Shown here: positions 20,301 to 29,427 of the stretch, piece by piece
Position numbering within the stretch: position 1 is the stretch's first letter
Layout of the letters: every line of letters begins with the position of its first letter
NCBI GenBank assembly: GCA_031285625.1
Contig: JAITVV010000067.1
Location: forward strand, 39,497 to 103,496
Direction of reading: 5' to 3'
Length of the DNA stretch: 64,000 nt
From: Prevotella sp.
GTDB lineage: Bacteria > Bacteroidota > Bacteroidia > Bacteroidales > Dysgonomonadaceae
Translations under genes and position numbers: made by a program
The notes under the pieces: generated by a model
What the model was told of the DNA's origin: nothing
What the model saw: the letters and a program-made list of their open reading frames with translations, nothing else
The model's database searches: none

Positions 20301-21735
20301 CAACCACTTTATCCGGGAATGGGCTTCTATCTGCAGTCAGAGATTGCTTCTCTCCATATGCCTCTAATATGACATGTGCATTAATACCGCCAAAACCAAA
20401 TGCATTCACACCCGCAATAAGAGGATATTTGTTTTCATCCCATTCCTGCAACTGTTGTACAGGTTTGAAACGTGTTTTTTCCATTCCTTTAAGGGGGCGT
20501 TCACAATGTAGTGTCGGCGGAATTTGTCTCGTATACAAAGCTAGAACTGCTTTTATCAAACCAAGAATACCAGCCGCAGGCATTGCATGACCAACATTGG
20601 ATTTTACAGAACCTAACAGAACTTCTTTATCACACTCTTCTTTTGGAAAAACCTCTGACAAAGTTTGTAATTCTGTTCTGTCTCCTACAACTGTTGCGGT
20701 TCCATGCGCTTCCAAGTAACCAATCTTAGCTTTGTCCATCCCAGAATCTGTCCAGGCTGTCTCTATAGCAAGTTTCTGACCTTTAACAGCAGGAGCCATA
20801 ACAGCTACACCCGATCCGTCACTACTTACCCCTATACCTCTGATTACGGCGTAGATACGGTCATTATCTGCAACAGCTTTATCCAGAGTTTTCAGGACAA
20901 CAAAACCTCCCCCTTCACCAATCAATAGTCCATCTGCATCTTCACTGAATGGTGTTATACTTTGCTTATGAGATAAAGCACCCAGTTGTGCAAAAATACT
21001 CCAGAACGGAGTATTGTGACCGGCATGTACACCTCCTGCAACAGCAATATCACATCTCCCGCTTTCCAATTCTTTTACACAATGTTCCAAAGCGATCAAA
21101 GAACTGGCACAGGCAGCATCAATTACATATGAAGGTCCCTGCATGTCCAGTTTGTTGGATATAAGGGAAGCAATCAAATTTGGTATAAGTCCAGGCATAG
21201 AGTCGGCCTGATAGCGGCCCCGGGATGCCTGATATTGTTCTTTAATTTTATCTATTTCTTCGTCAGATAGATCCGGTAATGCTTTCTTTACCACTTCGGC
21301 CATCTGATGACTTACATGAACTATATCCATAGCCCGCCATACAGCAGATCCCACATACGCCCCTTTACCAATTACCAAGGCACACTTTTTCAATGATATC
21401 TTCTTGTCAAATACCGATGCATCTTCCAATGCCTGATAAACACTTTTCAGTGTTAACATGTGGGACGTATCCATTCCTTGTACCGCAAGCGGCAGAATAG
21501 AAAACTCCATAGGATCAAATAATATATCCGGAATAAAACCTCCCCGCTTACAATAGAAACGATCTACAGCCGGCTTTCTTGTTTCATCAAAATATCGGGG
21601 ATCTAACCTATCGGCCGGGGCATCCTTAATACAGTCTACCCCATTGATAAGATTATTCCAATATTCAATGTAATTACTTGCTTCAGGAGCGAAGCAAGAC
21701 ATTCCTACAATTGCTATATCTTTTTTATTTTCCAC
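17341..21735 (-). CDS. Type I PKS: KS-AT-DH-PPTase, no internal ACP
   Basis: KS triad DAACASS / EAHGTAT / KSNVGH; AT GHSLGE; DH-like LMGHSLV..P and LLDNMGQ; C-terminal Sfp-type PPTase GKPYV, ISLAH, VGIDIE, FWVAKESYGK. Confidence 0.88.
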   Translation of the reverse strand: MENKKDIAIVGMSCFAPEASNYIEYWNNLINGVDCIKDAPADRLDPRYFDETRKPAVDRFYCKRGGFIPDILFDPMEFSILPLAVQGMDTSHMLTLKSVYQALEDASVFDKKISLKKCALVIGKGAYVGSAVWRAMDIVHVSHQMAEVVKKALPDLSDEEIDKIKEQYQASRGRYQADSMPGLIPNLIASLISNKLDMQGPSYVIDAACASSLIALEHCVKELESGRCDIAVAGGVHAGHNTPFWSIFAQLGALSHKQSITPFSEDADGLLIGEGGGFVVLKTLDKAVADNDRIYAVIRGIGVSSDGSGVAVMAPAVKGQKLAIETAWTDSGMDKAKIGYLEAHGTATVVGDRTELQTLSEVFPKEECDKEVLLGSVKSNVGHAMPAAGILGLIKAVLALYTRQIPPTLHCERPLKGMEKTRFKPVQQLQEWDENKYPLIAGVNAFGFGGINAHVILEAYGEKQSLTADRSPFPDKVVALTAPTKEALIKSLRNGETSSANQDGDYRLVVFNPTPDRIEKAIKFIEKDLVWKGRQDIWYTNKPLIKNGGKIAFLYPGYDPSVNPEIDSLLNHFKLNLPEEEYRSSESEMVDNVLRLYRINRAMDMSLKALNLKSDMNAGHSLGEWFGVEASGMVSAKSIRKLINCLDASQYKIDGVFFIAVSIGRERVKKYLDTIPDLYLSNDNCPNQVLLCGTEDAVKKLSEGLKQEQIFFQVLPYQSGFHTPFIKHRLDLLEDSFQHLEFNDPEVTMWSTNTLEPYPTEAQDIKALSVKHLLEGVRFRELVEKLYEEENARVFIQVGGGSLVGFVDDIFTNKPYSAISETSSQRTTLEQLRRVMALLYIEGRDVDMSFLNVEKANKKKSGKGMRLQMFMDVQTEFPILSQHVKERAKATSNVDFGSLAVDTSHPVMAALNENMKEMAQMQMELARLFKERGESNGNVPVVKSLPVTAPQPQPQPQVINTIQPVIEKVEPVVVKTQAKTGTSFVEDLYVSLETYPTLMGHSLVKQPSYWDCPEDLNPVIPMTMTFELLAEAAHKQDLSKKIVSIGPISVFQWMEVHTPFIQKINGVWKSEELISLGIKNFASGEVVLKDTLPTPDPYYENYIDLGENISYLPTPEDIYENYMFHGVEYQGIEKVTHVTEKGIRAYIRKQEGKGSLLDNMGQTYGLYLHLILKINNVTFPVKVQDITFYQDMHDQEGLFECICLSKTIDKDFTTCEMILKRDGKLWSVAKGWQNRRFEFDQRLWTITLNPGRNLMAEQIVPGVFFFEGEYKKTAVLEFLRKRYLNQPEKKRYATIPLNKRKDYLASRIALKDSLRSYVQDKKDKVTYPIEYFIKYDDNGKPYVYGIDEIEGMEISLAHKGSTSVSIVSDKPVGIDIETIEERTKDFLDISFTPHELDLLKDKDIAEWSTRFWVAKESYGKMLGFGLQGNPKRYEVKRIEGETLIIEDCEVKTLKHKNFIIGWTQ

Positions 21736-21742
21736 TTTCGAA

Positions 21743-24700
21743 TCAAATATTTAAAAAGCCTTTTACATCTTCTGCACCACCCATTACCAATACATGGTTC
21801 TCTTTACCATATTTGAGCTCATTTACAAAATACTCTGCTCCTTCTTTTAATGGGATCAGTGATACTCCACGTTTTTTAAATTCAGCCTCCAGCGTATCGC
21901 TAACCATACCAGTTCCTTTCCACGGTCCCCAGTTGATGGTCAATATTCTGGCATCCATCTTTTCATTTAAGGCTGATGCGATATGATCAAATACACTGTT
22001 AGCAGAAGCATAATCCGATTGTCCTTTGTTACCATAAGATGAGGCTACACTACTGAACATCACAAATAGTTTAAGATCGGGATGTAGTTCATCCAGTAAG
22101 ACATGCAACGGAGTTACTTTTGTAGAATATACTTGTTCGAAAGAATCGAATGTTTTATGTATAAACAACTTATCGTCCAACAAACCAGCTGCATGGAAGA
22201 TTCCGTCTATTCTGCCATAGGTTTCATATGTTTTCTTGATAAAGTCTCTTAATGCTTGTTCATTCTTTATATCTAAAGAAACATAAGTTACTTTTCCACC
22301 CGTCTTTTCTATTTTCGCAACATTCTCATTTATCTGATTAGCTTTGAATATCTTCTGAACTTTTTTCTCTATCTCACCAGGAGATCTCATATTCTCTTCA
22401 CTGATCAGGTATTTACGTATTTTATCTTTAGAATCCAGCGATTTATATTTATCGAATTCAGGAGTCGGTGCTTCAGATCGTCCAACCAGTATGTAATTAC
22501 ATGGATATTCTTTAGACAATTCACTTACCAACTCAGGAGTAATTCCCTGAGCACCACCAAATACAACAACTACAGAATCTTTGTCCAAGGCCAAATGAGA
22601 ACCTCCATTTGGAGTAAGTTCTACAGGTTTAGGATTTGTGAAATATCTTTTCTCATCCTTATATATTATTTCAATATAGGTAGCATCACGTGTGAGTAAC
22701 TCGTCCACTACAATTTGAGCTAAAGATGCTTTATCGAAGACAGAATGCGATACAACAGCACGGAAGTTTATAGCAGGAAATTCATGAGCAAGGCTCTTTA
22801 TCAAACCTGGGAAACCTTGTATCTCTTTCATTTTAGATATACCTTCTGTAGCCTTAATATTTCCAAGTATATCGCTGAATGTATATACCCACTTGATCTT
22901 GGCAAGATCTACATTCTTTATCATATTAAATACTTCCTTGATGCTGTATTTACGAGGGGATGCTGATGAGTTAAGGATCACCAACCCGTCATATTGAGTA
23001 AGGTCTTCATCTCCCTTAATAAGGTCAACAGTAGCTCCATTCAGTTCCATTACTGCCTTAACACTTTCAGCATATTCACCGCCATCATCTGTTAATGCAA
23101 AATGCTTACCATCGATTAGTATTTTTTCTGAATTCAGTATTTTTTCTTCCAGTTCGAAACTCATCCTTATTAAATCGTCTGCTATAGTCTTGCTTGTTGT
23201 AACTGCAGCTTGTTGAGGCTGAGATTGGGACGGTAATTGAGCAGGAGTTTCTTCACTCTTGCTACCATTCGCCAATTCTTCGATCCAGTCTATTAGTCCG
23301 TTAAGTGTTTTTACAGAAGCTAGTTTCTCAATTGTATCTTCTGCATCTTCAATGCTTCCGGATATATTCAATTTATCCCTCAATGATCCTATTATCTCCA
23401 TACGTTTAATAGAATCGATACTTAAATCGGCTTCAAGATCGAGATCTAATCCTAGCATATCGGTAGGATAACCTGTTTTCTCACTTACTGTTTCCAGAAG
23501 CAATGCTTTAATATCTTCCATGGATACTGCTGCAGGAGCAGTAGCTACTACTGGTTGAGTTGCTACTGGCATGCTTTGTGCACTTTGCATTACCGGAGTT
23601 GTACCCTGCTGTTGAACTGGGGCAGAAGCTTGTTCCTGACCGGCTTTAGCTAAGTCTTCGATCCATTCTATCAGTCCGTTAAGTGTTTTTACAGAAGCTA
23701 GTTTCTCAATTGTATCTTCTGCATCTTCCATACTTCCCGATATATTCAGTTTTTCCCTTAATGCACCGATAACCTCCATACGTTTAATAGAATCGATACT
23801 TAAATCAGCTTCAAGGTCTAGTTCTAGACCTAACATCTCGATAGGATAACCTGTTTTTTCGCTGACTGTTTCCAGTAATAATGTTTTTATATCTTCCATG
23901 GATACAGCTGCAGGAGCAGGAGTTGATGCAATCGGTGCTGCTACAGGCTGAACTGCAACCGGCATATTCACTTGCATTACCGAACCTGCGCTTTGCATTT
24001 GAGGCTGAGCCTGACTCATACTTGATTTTGCAAGATCCTCAATCCATTCGATCAGCCCGTTAAGTGTTTTTACGGAAGCCAGTTTTTCGATTGTATCTTC
24101 TGCATCTTCCATACTTCCCGATATATTCAATTTTTCCCTCAACGCACCGATAACCTCCATACGTTTGATAGAATCGATACTTAGATCGGCTTCAAGGTCA
24201 AGTTCAAGACCTAACATATCGATAGGATAACCTGTTTTTTCGCTTACTGTTTCCAGTAATAATGCTTTTATATCTTCAATAGACACGGCAGAAGTAGCTG
24301 AAGCAACTGGTTGAAGTGCAGCTACAGGCATAACCACAGGTTGCGGTTGTGACTGTTGTACCTGTGGAGCAGGAGCTACAGGCAATACTTGTTGCACTGG
24401 GATCGTTTGTATTGGTGCCGAAATATTATTAGCAGGAGTATGACCTAAGTAACCAAGCATTACATCACGCTGGCTCTGAAGCATCATTCTCATGCTATTC
24501 AGATACTCAAGTACTACTTGATCTGAGGAAGAAGATCCCGAAACAGAATTATTATTTGGATTATTGTACATTTCTTTTAAGTTCATTATAGGTTGCGTAA
24601 TAGGATATGCTCCTGTTGATGGCATTTTTCCATTGGCTGGTACAGCATTATGACCATTAACATGCCAAATAATAGGGCTCTTTTTGTATTGTTCAGGTTT

Positions 24701-27700
24701 ATCAATATCTATGATAGTTGCATTACGTTTATCAAAGAGTTTATCGATATCAACAAACTTTCCGGTTGACAGATACTTAGCAATGCTATGTAAGATGAAA
24801 CTTACTCCATTAAAACTCTTATTCTCTGTTTCAAAAGCAGATACTTTATCTCCTAAAATAGATTGCACAAGCCCTGTGAGGACTCTACCCGGTCCTACTT
24901 CCAGAAATACACGGGCACCATCATTATACATATTTTCAACCTGCTTCGTAAACAATACAGGTTTGATAAGATGTTCCGATAATCTATCTTTTATTTCCTG
25001 ACCTTTAGCCGGATAATACTCTGCAGTCGTATTTGACCAAACTGGAAGACTCAATTTCTTAAAGTCAACTGTTTTCAATACATCAGCATACAAATCTTTT
25101 GATTTATGTAAAAGAGGGCTATGGAAAGCACATGCTACATTCAATTCCTTATATGCAATATTTTTCTTGCTTAGCTTTTGCATAAAAGCATTCACACCCT
25201 CAGTAGATCCTGCAAGAACAATTTGCTTATGTGAATTAAAATTCACTGCCCATACTTCTGTTTCCCCTTCCAGTAAAGCATTTACTTCTGCTTCAGGAAG
25301 ACTCACAGCAATCATTTTACCCTTGTCTTCCTCAACTGCATCCAGTATAGACAAAGCTCTCTTACGACTCAACGAGACTAATTCTTCAGCATCAAAAGCT
25401 CCTGCAAAACACAATGCCGGCAATTCTCCATAGCTATGACCAGCGACCATATCCGGCACAATGCCTAATGATTTGAGGAATTCTGCAAAAGCAAAATCTA
25501 CTATACCAAGCAATGGCTGTGCATTTCGGGTATCAGTAATAACCTTCTGCTGCTCTTTACGCGTTTGTTCATCAAAAGTAGCGTAAGGGAATAATATCTT
25601 TTCGTATTCTTTATGCTTAGCCAGCAAACGGCGCATAGCAGGAAATGCAACAAACATATCGCGCGCCATATTCACTCTCTGACTACCCTGTCCGGAGAAC
25701 ATAAAGGCTACTTTACCATCTTTCGCATTTTTCGGATAAATACCATATTCTTCTTTTCCTGCAAGCGCTGTATCAATTTTTTTCAATAATTCACTACTAT
25801 CACTTGCTACTATAGAAAGTTGGATTTCCTTTTTGCTGTATACAGCCAAGCTATAGGCAATATCCTTAATACTGATCTTGTCGTTGTAGCCCAACACATC
25901 TTTTACTTTCTGCAACTGCTGCTTGGCTTCACTTAATGAATCTCCACGGAATACAAAAAGTTCTGATGGCCATAATGGTAAACTGCAACTAGGAACTTCA
26001 GAATTTTTATGGTTCTCCATCACTACGTGGAAATTGGTTCCACCGAATCCGAAAGCACTAACCCCTGCGATTCTTCTCTCGCTATCCCAGTATCCGGAAT
26101 GTGTATTGAATACAAACGGGCTGCTATCCTTATCATAATAAGGGTTCGGTTTATTCAAGTGCAATGTTGGCGGCTGAACTCTATAGTAGATAGATAGAGC
26201 TGTTTTGATAACCCCGGCAATACCGGCAGCACATTTTGCATGTCCTATCTGTGTTTTTACAGAACCTAACAACGACTGGCCTTTGATGGCTCCCGATTCA
26301 AGGAACATATCTGTCAAGGCACGAAGTTCTGTTCTGTCACCGACTACTGTTCCAGTACCGTGAGCTTCTATCATCTCTACCTGTGATGGCAAGATTCCCG
26401 CACTCTGATACGCTCTTTGTAACGCTTTGATCTGACCGTTTCTATTTGGAGCTGTCAACCCAAGACTTTTACCATCACTACTTCCACCAACGCCTTTTAT
26501 AACAGCATATATCTTATTTCCATCACGTTCAGCATCAGCTAATCTCTTCATAACAAGGACTCCTATCCCCTCACCTAATGCTATACCATCCGAGTCTGCA
26601 TCAAACGAAGCTGAATACCCTTTGCGAGATAATGCATGGGTACATGAAAACATCAGGAAGTCATTGATTCCATTATGCAAATCAGTACCTCCGAGAAGTA
26701 CCATATCTGAACGGTTAGAAGATAGCTCTTGGCAACCAAGATCTAGAGCCGCTAGAGAAGATGCACATGCTGCATCTACAGTATAGTTGCGTCCACCCAG
26801 ATTCAGGCGGTTAGCTATTCTACCGGATATTACATTAGATAATACTCCGGCAAATGAATCTTCATTAAGTCGGGGAAGAGAATTTTTTAACTCATCAGGT
26901 AATTCACCCAAAGCCTGTTTGGCATAACCTCTGAAACCATAGCTGGCTGCTAGTTCGGTTGAACCTTCGGCACCGAATATTACGGATGTATTTTCTAAAT
27001 CTACTTCACCAAGATTACCATATCCTGCATCTGTAAGTGCTTGCTTAGCTACCAAAAGACTCAATAACTGAGTTGGCTCTATAGATGCCAGGGATTGTGG
27101 AGTCATACCGAACTCCAGAGGATCAAAATCTATTGTAGGAATAAATCCTCCCCATTTAGACACAACCTTATCAGTATCAGTTGTATTAGGATCATAATAC
27201 AAATCTTTATTCCAACGGCTGTCCGGAACTTCACTTATACAATCTTTACCAAGAACGATATTTCTCCAATATTCCTCAATATTATGCGCATCAGGGAAAA
27301 TACCTGAAATACCCACAATTGCCACATCTAATGGTTCAGCTTGTGAAACAGGTAAAGAAATATCGGGAAGCTGTGTTAAAAGCTCATTGTTATCTATAGC
27401 TACATGTTTATGTAATTCATCCAGGGTCAACACCTTCTGATTGAGCGCAGCAACCTGCCCTATCATGTAAAGACCTTTTTCTTTTTGCTCCTCTTCACCT
27501 AACTTTACAAGATCGGTACCGATACGCTCAATACCTTTTGTAGCAATTCTGGAACGACCAAGATTTAGTTCTTCCAACCTCACCCAGACTTCTTTACTAT
27601 CAAGATTTTGCTCCTGCAACTTTTCCTTTTCTTTCTCAAAATGTTCTGTGAATGGAGATTTTAAAGATTGAGTTTCTTGTCCGGGAGCTGCTTGAAGGAT

Positions 27701-29272
27701 GACTGTACTGTTTTCTTCTATTGCCAATTTCTGGAATCCGGAAAGAATAGCTCTCGAGTCTACAGCTTCTTTGGTATAGAGGTATGAAGAACCCATCAGC
27801 ACTCCCACTTTAGCACCTTTAGCATCCAGTGTGGCAGACATAATAGAAATGAATGCAGAAGAGAAAGCGTCGTGAATTCCACCAGCAAAGAACACACTGA
27901 AGGAAGATAAATTATCTTCTTTCAGTAATCTGTATATCTGCCTTTCCCACAAAACAAAACTGGAAAGAGGACCTATATGTCCTCCACTTTCACGTCCTTC
28001 AAATATAAAGTTTTTCGCATTTTCTTTTAGGAACATATCCAATAATGCCTGTGAAGGCACATGGATAAACGCCTTGATTCCTGCCTTTTCGAAAGGTTTG
28101 GCCAATGAAGGACGACCTCCCGCTATAAGTACTACCGATGGCTTGTACTCCAATATATATTTTGTTTGCTCTTCCCGTTGTTTTGTCGGGATAAAACCAA
28201 GTAACCCCACGCCCCATGTTTTACCTTCAAGTAATCTACTGGATTCTGCTACCAGATTGCGGGCAGCATCACCAGTTGTCATACTCATTGCGATAAATGG
28301 CAGAGCTCCGGCATCTGCAACATTACAAGCAAATTCGGGCACATCACTCACTCTGGCCATTGGCCCTTGAGCTATCGGATACTTAGTGCCCAGATCTTTA
28401 GCTAGCTTGCTGTCAGATTTGATTGTTTGTAATTTTTTAGCTTGTTGTATGTGTCCATATACAGCTTCATGAAAACCTGTAACTAATGCTGACAGGTTTT
28501 TATATTTTTCCACCAGGTCAATAGATATTGCGATATCCTGCCCCATTGGTATGAAATTATTTTTAATTTCGAGACCGCCTAACAAAGGAAGAATATCAGA
28601 GTATTTAGCATTAGCAGGCAATTTAGGAGAGTCATTTCTCTGTAAAACTCTGAAATTATCGATAACAGTAGTTTCACTTCCGCTTAATTTACTAAAAAGA
28701 TTCTTTAGCTCTTTAGCCAAACCACATTCAGGGAATAAGGATATCTGACTATCCATAATAATGCCTTTAGCTCCCAATGCTAGGCATGCAGCTGAAGTAT
28801 GAATTCCTGTCCCTCCCTGCACATATACATTGATGTCTTTGCCAGAACACTTACTGATTATGCTTTGGAAAAGAACAAAAGAAGACTGATCTGCAACCCT
28901 TCCGGCACCTTCATTCCCCTTTACTACAACATTATTCAACCCCTGCCCAATAGCGGACTCAGCTTCATCTAATGAATGTACCTGACAGAACTTCTTAATT
29001 TTTTTCCCGGATGGTACGTCCATCCCAAAAGGAAAAATTACAACATCAACATTTAAGGGTAATTTCAGTTTTGTTGAAGTTTCGTTCACATAACATACCC
29101 CAAAAGGTTTTGTCGTAGATTTTGCTAGAATGTCTAAAGCTTCCTGAGCCTCAGATTCATTCCGTCCAAGATGCAATACAGGATATGCACCCGATTCGAT
29201 TGTTTTTAAAGCTAGTGTCGCGTTTGGTATCTCGAATGGAGATAGAATAAGTAGCTCTTTGTAATGTTGCAT
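21743..29272 (-). CDS. Iterative type I PKS/FAS, PfaA-like: tandem FabK/NMO-like ER barrels-KS-AT-ACPx3-KR
   Basis: YPIAQGPM and EGRESGGHIG (FabK/PfaD-like); KS DAACASS / EAHGTGT / KTQIGH; AT FSGQGSQ, GHSYGE, CAFHS; three DLSIDSIKRME ACPs; KR GGAQGI, HAAGLLDD, GQSDYASAN. Confidence 0.92.
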   Translation of the reverse strand: MQHYKELLILSPFEIPNATLALKTIESGAYPVLHLGRNESEAQEALDILAKSTTKPFGVCYVNETSTKLKLPLNVDVVIFPFGMDVPSGKKIKKFCQVHSLDEAESAIGQGLNNVVVKGNEGAGRVADQSSFVLFQSIISKCSGKDINVYVQGGTGIHTSAACLALGAKGIIMDSQISLFPECGLAKELKNLFSKLSGSETTVIDNFRVLQRNDSPKLPANAKYSDILPLLGGLEIKNNFIPMGQDIAISIDLVEKYKNLSALVTGFHEAVYGHIQQAKKLQTIKSDSKLAKDLGTKYPIAQGPMARVSDVPEFACNVADAGALPFIAMSMTTGDAARNLVAESSRLLEGKTWGVGLLGFIPTKQREEQTKYILEYKPSVVLIAGGRPSLAKPFEKAGIKAFIHVPSQALLDMFLKENAKNFIFEGRESGGHIGPLSSFVLWERQIYRLLKEDNLSSFSVFFAGGIHDAFSSAFISIMSATLDAKGAKVGVLMGSSYLYTKEAVDSRAILSGFQKLAIEENSTVILQAAPGQETQSLKSPFTEHFEKEKEKLQEQNLDSKEVWVRLEELNLGRSRIATKGIERIGTDLVKLGEEEQKEKGLYMIGQVAALNQKVLTLDELHKHVAIDNNELLTQLPDISLPVSQAEPLDVAIVGISGIFPDAHNIEEYWRNIVLGKDCISEVPDSRWNKDLYYDPNTTDTDKVVSKWGGFIPTIDFDPLEFGMTPQSLASIEPTQLLSLLVAKQALTDAGYGNLGEVDLENTSVIFGAEGSTELAASYGFRGYAKQALGELPDELKNSLPRLNEDSFAGVLSNVISGRIANRLNLGGRNYTVDAACASSLAALDLGCQELSSNRSDMVLLGGTDLHNGINDFLMFSCTHALSRKGYSASFDADSDGIALGEGIGVLVMKRLADAERDGNKIYAVIKGVGGSSDGKSLGLTAPNRNGQIKALQRAYQSAGILPSQVEMIEAHGTGTVVGDRTELRALTDMFLESGAIKGQSLLGSVKTQIGHAKCAAGIAGVIKTALSIYYRVQPPTLHLNKPNPYYDKDSSPFVFNTHSGYWDSERRIAGVSAFGFGGTNFHVVMENHKNSEVPSCSLPLWPSELFVFRGDSLSEAKQQLQKVKDVLGYNDKISIKDIAYSLAVYSKKEIQLSIVASDSSELLKKIDTALAGKEEYGIYPKNAKDGKVAFMFSGQGSQRVNMARDMFVAFPAMRRLLAKHKEYEKILFPYATFDEQTRKEQQKVITDTRNAQPLLGIVDFAFAEFLKSLGIVPDMVAGHSYGELPALCFAGAFDAEELVSLSRKRALSILDAVEEDKGKMIAVSLPEAEVNALLEGETEVWAVNFNSHKQIVLAGSTEGVNAFMQKLSKKNIAYKELNVACAFHSPLLHKSKDLYADVLKTVDFKKLSLPVWSNTTAEYYPAKGQEIKDRLSEHLIKPVLFTKQVENMYNDGARVFLEVGPGRVLTGLVQSILGDKVSAFETENKSFNGVSFILHSIAKYLSTGKFVDIDKLFDKRNATIIDIDKPEQYKKSPIIWHVNGHNAVPANGKMPSTGAYPITQPIMNLKEMYNNPNNNSVSGSSSSDQVVLEYLNSMRMMLQSQRDVMLGYLGHTPANNISAPIQTIPVQQVLPVAPAPQVQQSQPQPVVMPVAALQPVASATSAVSIEDIKALLLETVSEKTGYPIDMLGLELDLEADLSIDSIKRMEVIGALREKLNISGSMEDAEDTIEKLASVKTLNGLIEWIEDLAKSSMSQAQPQMQSAGSVMQVNMPVAVQPVAAPIASTPAPAAVSMEDIKTLLLETVSEKTGYPIEMLGLELDLEADLSIDSIKRMEVIGALREKLNISGSMEDAEDTIEKLASVKTLNGLIEWIEDLAKAGQEQASAPVQQQGTTPVMQSAQSMPVATQPVVATAPAAVSMEDIKALLLETVSEKTGYPTDMLGLDLDLEADLSIDSIKRMEIIGSLRDKLNISGSIEDAEDTIEKLASVKTLNGLIDWIEELANGSKSEETPAQLPSQSQPQQAAVTTSKTIADDLIRMSFELEEKILNSEKILIDGKHFALTDDGGEYAESVKAVMELNGATVDLIKGDEDLTQYDGLVILNSSASPRKYSIKEVFNMIKNVDLAKIKWVYTFSDILGNIKATEGISKMKEIQGFPGLIKSLAHEFPAINFRAVVSHSVFDKASLAQIVVDELLTRDATYIEIIYKDEKRYFTNPKPVELTPNGGSHLALDKDSVVVVFGGAQGITPELVSELSKEYPCNYILVGRSEAPTPEFDKYKSLDSKDKIRKYLISEENMRSPGEIEKKVQKIFKANQINENVAKIEKTGGKVTYVSLDIKNEQALRDFIKKTYETYGRIDGIFHAAGLLDDKLFIHKTFDSFEQVYSTKVTPLHVLLDELHPDLKLFVMFSSVASSYGNKGQSDYASANSVFDHIASALNEKMDARILTINWGPWKGTGMVSDTLEAEFKKRGVSLIPLKEGAEYFVNELKYGKENHVLVMGGAEDVKGFLNI
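23270..24285 (-). repeat. Three near-identical ACP-encoding repeats (~250 bp each) with Pro/Ala/Gln-rich linkers inside the large PKS
   Basis: EDIK.LLLETVSEKTGYP..MLGL.LDLEADLSIDSIKRME.IG.LR.KLNISGS.EDAEDTIEKLASVKTLNGLI.WIE occurs three times; DSI codons near 24167, 23786 and 23408; boundaries approximate. Confidence 0.9.
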
Positions 29273-29304
29273 TTTTAATACTGTATAATATTATTGTTGT
29301 TTAT

Positions 29305-29393
29305 GTTGTCTTATCCTCGGATAATAAAATCCAGGACCTATTTGTTGTCTTAGTGTTATCTATTTTTATCTATTACGTGTGTTCGTTGTCTTA
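29305..29393 (-). promoter_or_regulatory. Three evenly spaced 9-bp direct repeats (TAAGACAAC on the coding strand) upstream of the large PKS
   Basis: GTTGTCTTA at 29305, 29344 and 29385 (spacing 39 and 41 bp); function inferred. Confidence 0.5.
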
Positions 29394-29427
29394 TGTCTAT
29401 TGATTTCCTTATATCAAAAATTGTCAA

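Noticed and set aside
17341-29272. Calling the cluster a canonical EPA/DHA PUFA synthase (pfaA-E) or an enediyne PKS
   Set aside because: No KS-CLF didomain or paired FabA-type DH recognised as in PfaC; an ER is present and the domain split differs from enediyne PKSE; GT1 and GT-C-like genes imply a glycosylated product
29305-29393. Evenly spaced 9-mers as a mini-CRISPR
   Set aside because: Repeat is far shorter than CRISPR repeats and no cas genes are present; kept only as a regulatory candidate
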